This document shows positions 58,805 through 64,000 of a stretch of 64,000 nucleotides of DNA, piece after piece (the first letter of the stretch is position 1; every line of letters starts with the position of its first letter). The position numbers and the translations under genes were made by a program. A model generated the notes under the pieces. It worked only from the letters and a program-made list of their open reading frames with translations, was not told where the DNA came from and made no database searches. Origin of the DNA: a virus (lineage: Duplodnaviria; Caudoviricetes); IMG/VR virus record IMGVR_UViG_3300025809_001850, one strand, 5' to 3'.

Positions 58805-60544
58805 ATGGCGAATCAAAAAATAACGGATTTAAACAAACACACCAAGTTGACAGGTGAAGACTTGTTTATTGTGGTTGACAAAGACGAGTACGGTACATCA
58901 CCAACAGGTGAAACTAAAGCAATCACCGCAAAAACACTAGCGGAACAACTTGCAGAAATAAAACACTCGGATGTCGGCATCCGATTCAGTGAACTTGCAG
59001 ACGTACCCAACGAGTATATCGAAAGTGCAGGATCGTTTGTAAAAATAAATGACACAGGTGACGGTGTTGATTTTACCGAGTCACCTGGTCATTCTGAGAT
59101 AACCGTAAAATACGAAGAGTTATTTCAAAGTATTGAAAGCAACCAAGTTATTGTATATCGTGTAGGTGATGTATTGATGCGTGATCCTGCAACCAACACA
59201 TATAAACACGCATCATCAGATAATCCAGATTCAGCTGAAGTTGTAGGAGTTATTCGTAAAATCAAAAAAGATATTGAAGGAGACATCGTTCAAGTTAATA
59301 TCGCATTTGGTGGTCATGTAGTTTTCGAAGAACCGGTTCATGTTGAAAAAAGTCAAATTGACAATACATCAGCCATGGCAACCGAGTCAGTCTTGGTTGG
59401 AGGAAAAACCTACTTTTTGGGAAGAATTGGAAAGTTATCAGATTACGATCCTTCTATACAAGTCAATGATAGTGACCCACATATATCAAAACCACTATTA
59501 GTTGCGACAGGTCCTCAATCGGGTATCTTTGTTAATTATCGTGGTTTGCTTTCTGAAAAAACAGACGAACCTCATAAATTTGTGGTTGAATATAGTGCAA
59601 GTTGTAGCAAAATTAAAGTAGGTGACATAGTGCGAGTACGCAGGCGCATCAAACGTAATGTCAATGGAAATTTCGGTAGTGCTATAGAAAATGCTGATAA
59701 TGCGTTTGACGGAATGCCCGAAAACATACGACCTGCATATCTAGACTTTGAGAGTGGAGAGTCACCCTATGTATTAGCCAACTCAGCATCACAAGATGCA
59801 GAACTTGCACATGAAGATGCGTATGCGTGTGAGTTTATTGGAATTGTGACAATTGCGTCTTCTGATTACTTCCAAATACAAACAAGTGGAATGATAACAT
59901 TTGATATGCCGGCATCCGTTATATCGGATGATAACTCTGCCATTGAGAAATCAAATGCAATATTCAAACGAGGATACACATACTATTTGGAGTCATTTGA
60001 TATAACTTCCGACCAAAACACAAATGTTTACACGAAACGTCTTAGACGAACACTTTACGATTATAGCACAGACGAAATAAATGATTACTATGGAAATTCA
60101 ATTGTTGATTCTAACATTGAAGATGTAGTAACCGGTATATCTCCATTTAGAAACACCACAATAAACAATCCGTTCGCACGTGATCCAGAAACACAGAAAG
60201 TTACATCATATGCCAAACCTGTTTTTTATGCAGTTTCTGAAAATCAAATACTTTTATTGAACCACGCAACATATCCAATGCCGTTTGATGCGTGTAACGC
60301 AGTTAATCCAACTGCAAATCAACCATGTAAAGAATTTACTCAGTCAAAAAGTTTTACAATGAACGAAACACTTGGTGATGTAAATGAATTCTTGGGTGAC
60401 AAGTGGTCAGATGCAAATAAGGGTGATACTGCTGATGTTCAATTAATAAATTTCAGTGAATCAACGATCAAACACCAAGTGTGGAAAAAGGTTGAAGAAA
60501 ATTCAGCTGCAGGTGTTTGGCAAATGCAAGAAGGAGATACATAA
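58805..60544 (+). CDS. probable virion structural protein with repeated module
   Basis: Two copies of a GD.V..A...V/IG.V..G...KP module; late-type motif upstream. Confidence 0.6.
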   Translation: MANQKITDLNKHTKLTGEDLFIVVDKDEYGTSPTGETKAITAKTLAEQLAEIKHSDVGIRFSELADVPNEYIESAGSFVKINDTGDGVDFTESPGHSEITVKYEELFQSIESNQVIVYRVGDVLMRDPATNTYKHASSDNPDSAEVVGVIRKIKKDIEGDIVQVNIAFGGHVVFEEPVHVEKSQIDNTSAMATESVLVGGKTYFLGRIGKLSDYDPSIQVNDSDPHISKPLLVATGPQSGIFVNYRGLLSEKTDEPHKFVVEYSASCSKIKVGDIVRVRRRIKRNVNGNFGSAIENADNAFDGMPENIRPAYLDFESGESPYVLANSASQDAELAHEDAYACEFIGIVTIASSDYFQIQTSGMITFDMPASVISDDNSAIEKSNAIFKRGYTYYLESFDITSDQNTNVYTKRLRRTLYDYSTDEINDYYGNSIVDSNIEDVVTGISPFRNTTINNPFARDPETQKVTSYAKPVFYAVSENQILLLNHATYPMPFDACNAVNPTANQPCKEFTQSKSFTMNETLGDVNEFLGDKWSDANKGDTADVQLINFSESTIKHQVWKKVEENSAAGVWQMQEGDT

Positions 60545-60897
60545 TGGGTTCTTTATACGACATAGGAAATTTTAGATACAAACACTTTACTTTTTACTCC
60601 CCGTGTGAAGCTGGAAGAGATTGCTTTCCATACGAAGGACAATCGGCACTTATAGACACGGAAATCAAAAACTTTCTAAATAAAGTATGGCCGTATCGTG
60701 GAGTATTAATCGGTGACTCATCTGAAGGTGATTATGCGTTCGTTACATATGTTCACAACGAACTTGATAATCAACAAACCCCAACACAGATAGTTGACAA
60801 CATATACACATACACCCGTATACAACTTGGAACAGGTGAACCTCAGTGGGTTCAGGCAACAACTCCAAAGAAAACTTTAGAAAGAACAACATCTTAG
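60517..60897 (+). CDS. hypothetical (probably structural) protein
   Basis: 126-aa ORF between related large genes. Confidence 0.65.
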   Translation: MANARRRYIMGSLYDIGNFRYKHFTFYSPCEAGRDCFPYEGQSALIDTEIKNFLNKVWPYRGVLIGDSSEGDYAFVTYVHNELDNQQTPTQIVDNIYTYTRIQLGTGEPQWVQATTPKKTLERTTS

Positions 60898-60907
60898 AAA
60901 AATAGTT

Positions 60908-63070
60908 ATGGCAACGTTACAACATAGATCAGCATTCAACCTCAGAGGAAGTCTTCCCTTGGGTGGAAGTGCAGTACAAACAATTGATTCAACTTGTGAT
61001 GGAGTAGTTCTTGACAACATACACGAACAAGTAAGACAGGCTGCAAACGATTATAAATGGGAAACCAACCGAACTGCAATGCGGGCAAACTTAAAATATA
61101 ATTGCCCCAAGGTTGGAGACGCAGTTAGATGGGACCCATCAATAAACGGATTTAATTTATCATATGCGATGTTTGATACAAACAACCCCACCGACCAAGA
61201 ACATATGGTAGAAGTTGTGGGTATAGTTGAAAGTGTCACAGTTGATTGCACAGGTGACGGAATTGATTTCACAAACGATGACACAGAAACCAATGCAGTT
61301 ATTGTACTGAGTGGCCAAGTTTCATTCAACACCTTACCAACCGAATCTAGTTTAAATCCAGGTATGGTATATTATTTATGGGACAAAGGTTCTCCTCAAA
61401 CACTTGCTCTAGCAAATAATGTGGTGGGTGACACACACGAACCTGTAATCAGCAAACCATTATTTTTAGCAACAGGAACAAATTCCGCAATAGTTTTGAC
61501 ATATCGTCCTCTAACAGGATCACCAACAGGTGGTAAACCTAGATCAGAATCATATGAGGTTGATGTTAAAAACATCACAAGTGGGTGGAGAGTCAAAGTA
61601 AAAAATACTTCTGTTGTATCATCAAAACATCCACTCGTTGTGCAACTTGATTACGACAGAGCAGTTGGTCCACGTAGCAACCTAAACGGAAACGAAGTGT
61701 ACTCAATGTTCAAGCACATTGGTATATTACATGACGAAATTGTTGCCAGTACAACTGTAGATGCAAACGGAATGACGACACTATTAAACGAAATAGAATT
61801 TGATGTAGACATAAATTCAGAGTTTGGTATAAGTGGAGGTATTGCCGGTAATGCTGAAAACGGAGTAAATGGTGTTGGTAGATTGACAGTTAGTTTAAAA
61901 TCAAACACAACAGGATCAATGAGTGCAAGTGCATTAAGTTCACTTATACCACTACATACAACTCCGAGATATTTAAGAAAACCATCAGTTCAACTTTTAA
62001 CAAAATGCAACGACACGAATGCATTGGGCAACATAACCACAAACGATCCTAACATTCCGGACTTGAAAGTAACTCAAGACGGAACAACACAGAATGACAT
62101 TCAAGAAGGTATTGTATATGAAATTAAACTACTTGAGGCAGGTGGTGAGTGGGTGCATCGTGGTGGAGAAGACGAAGTTAATTACGTTCCAATGGCAGAC
62201 GAACTACATTTTGAAATCAGTAGTTCTGCACTAGACAAACCAATCAGAAGTTCACTTGAACTGCACCACCCAGACAACAATACAGGAAACGGAGCTTCAG
62301 TTGAAGTTATTCCTGTTAATGATTCTGGAAAAGGACTAACAAAAAGTAAAGTTTATTTCAAATTTATAAACGCAGACGGAACGGATTTACACAAAAACCA
62401 CTGGGCATACTCACTTGGAATTGCAGGACGTTCGTGTGATGATAAAATATGTTGTGATACATCAACACACATAAACATTGATGTAGAGCGTCTTGGATTA
62501 ACAAATGCAGATGCACCTCTTAGTGATTTACTTGATGCAGATGATTCATATATGAACAATAAGGCAGCTGCTAGGTTGTATTCACTTGATCCAAACCAAC
62601 TTCCGTCAATAACTAACTATGGTTCAGGTGATCCACTAATTGCGTCATTTAAGAATGCAAGAGAAGGTACAACACTTTGCTACTCAGGTAATATTCAACC
62701 AGGAAGCGAACCTTCGTTTATGGCATTATACTTTAACGATGCAAAACGGATACCATCAAGTGATCGTACCGCAAAGGCATATGATCCAAGATACATTGCA
62801 ATTGAGATTGGGGCGCAAGACTCACTACAAGACCAAACAATAACAATAACACTAAAACGTGATACAGACGATCAAGTGTGCATTGAACTTGAGTTTGACG
62901 GAAGTGCAACTGGAACTCATTATACATTTGAAGAATTGTACGCAGAGGGTAAGGTAAAAAGTTGGGGAAGTAAACTTGATAGTCATAACTACTTCGGCAA
63001 TATAGCACCCACCTCCACGGTGGATGGATCTTTTGGTAACACAAACGAATCTACAACCACCAATGGATAA
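60908..63070 (+). CDS. probable virion structural protein sharing a module with 58805
   Basis: VGDAVRWD..EVVGIVE..SG..ISKPLFLATG..RP. Confidence 0.6.
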   Translation: MATLQHRSAFNLRGSLPLGGSAVQTIDSTCDGVVLDNIHEQVRQAANDYKWETNRTAMRANLKYNCPKVGDAVRWDPSINGFNLSYAMFDTNNPTDQEHMVEVVGIVESVTVDCTGDGIDFTNDDTETNAVIVLSGQVSFNTLPTESSLNPGMVYYLWDKGSPQTLALANNVVGDTHEPVISKPLFLATGTNSAIVLTYRPLTGSPTGGKPRSESYEVDVKNITSGWRVKVKNTSVVSSKHPLVVQLDYDRAVGPRSNLNGNEVYSMFKHIGILHDEIVASTTVDANGMTTLLNEIEFDVDINSEFGISGGIAGNAENGVNGVGRLTVSLKSNTTGSMSASALSSLIPLHTTPRYLRKPSVQLLTKCNDTNALGNITTNDPNIPDLKVTQDGTTQNDIQEGIVYEIKLLEAGGEWVHRGGEDEVNYVPMADELHFEISSSALDKPIRSSLELHHPDNNTGNGASVEVIPVNDSGKGLTKSKVYFKFINADGTDLHKNHWAYSLGIAGRSCDDKICCDTSTHINIDVERLGLTNADAPLSDLLDADDSYMNNKAAARLYSLDPNQLPSITNYGSGDPLIASFKNAREGTTLCYSGNIQPGSEPSFMALYFNDAKRIPSSDRTAKAYDPRYIAIEIGAQDSLQDQTITITLKRDTDDQVCIELEFDGSATGTHYTFEELYAEGKVKSWGSKLDSHNYFGNIAPTSTVDGSFGNTNESTTTNG

Positions 63071-64000
63071 GCAAAATATCACAATAGTAGTTCCTATATA
63101 TAACTTAGGATCTTTTAGGTTTAATAATTTTTGCTTTTTGGTAAAAAAATTAAACAATCTCGGTTGTTCTGTTATTGTAGTTGAACAACGATCAGACAGA
63201 ACAGGACCCGTTGAGCAGATAGTTCTTAGTTTAGAAAACGTATCCCACTCACTTGTTGAGGTGGACGGTTTGGATTTCAATAAATCAAAATTAATAAATT
63301 ATGCGTTTAAGAGAGTGTACACTGAGTTCATGTGGGTGGTGGACGGTGACTTTTACACAAACTTTAAAGATGTCATCACCGATGCTGATAGTTCATCTGA
63401 CTTGATAGTACCGTTTAGTGAAGTTTTGTTTTTAAACAAACAAGAATCTAATAATTTACACACATCTGGTAGTGTACTATTAAATCACGATGAAAAATAC
63501 AAAACCAACAATCAAGAAGGTAAATTTTCCTTTATAGTAAGATCGTCCGTATTTTCTAATTGCAAAGGAATGAATGAAGATTTTTACGGATGGGGATTTC
63601 AAGACTTGGATTTCGTGGAAAATAGATTAATGGGTGACGAGTTGAAATCACGTGTGCAAATCAGGGCGTATCATATGTTCCACTTACCTCAATCAAAAGA
63701 CAACATAGAGATAAACCGAAAGTTATATTTAAACTACAAAGAAGTTAATATCAAACAGGTTGTAAAAGATAAATTAAAAGAATATGTGGGTCAGGCAAAT
63801 CAACTAAGTCAAAGCAAAACCGACTTATACACCAAAAAACACAAACCGAAAACCACAGAAACCAACACATCGGTAAAAACAAAAATTACTAAACGTGTAG
63901 TTAACAAGTGGAGTAAACCAACTTTTGGAATTTTGTATTCATGTAATAGCAAAATATACTACCCAACCAACGATGTTATTACAATTCGAGACACTACACT
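63063..64000 (+). CDS. GT2/GT7-like glycosyltransferase (3' truncated; not in ORF track)
   Basis: MDKQNITIVVPIYN..VEQ..FNKSKLIN..VVDGD..MNEDFYGWGFQD; open to window end. Confidence 0.85.
   Translation, partial: MDKQNITIVVPIYNLGSFRFNNFCFLVKKLNNLGCSVIVVEQRSDRTGPVEQIVLSLENVSHSLVEVDGLDFNKSKLINYAFKRVYTEFMWVVDGDFYTNFKDVITDADSSSDLIVPFSEVLFLNKQESNNLHTSGSVLLNHDEKYKTNNQEGKFSFIVRSSVFSNCKGMNEDFYGWGFQDLDFVENRLMGDELKSRVQIRAYHMFHLPQSKDNIEINRKLYLNYKEVNIKQVVKDKLKEYVGQANQLSQSKTDLYTKKHKPKTTETNTSVKTKITKRVVNKWSKPTFGILYSCNSKIYYPTNDVITIRDTT

Overview
This AT-rich, gene-dense window comes from a large T4-like (myovirus-type) bacteriophage, not a cellular chromosome. It carries rIIA/rIIB, a family-B DNA polymerase, sliding clamp and clamp loader, dUTPase, PhoH, a gp2-like protein, five CCA-encoding tRNAs and probable structural genes. 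Auxiliary genes are unusually numerous: IF-1, DnaK, DnaJ, a ClpP-like protease, an M29 aminopeptidase, two tandem glutamate dehydrogenases, a eukaryote-type phosphomannomutase, an esterase-GDPD fusion, an Hc1-like protein, six amino-DNA methyltransferases, and a nucleotide-sugar/glycosyltransferase island. The best candidate for a new system is a translationally coupled five-gene operon at 40022-45761 (minus strand): GNAT-like/2OG-Fe hydroxylase fusion, Cys-His-Asp protein, fold-II PLP enzyme and two long MTase paralogues. It may build a DNA hypermodification, and it faces two paralogous PD-(D/E)XK-like proteins with virion-cargo signatures. Other signals are FF clamp-binding-like peptides shared by the polymerase and the MTases, a recurrent (T)ATATTTAT motif just upstream of start codons, leaderless sigma70 promoters and several unexplained palindromes. 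All family calls rest on motif recognition by eye; no searches were run.
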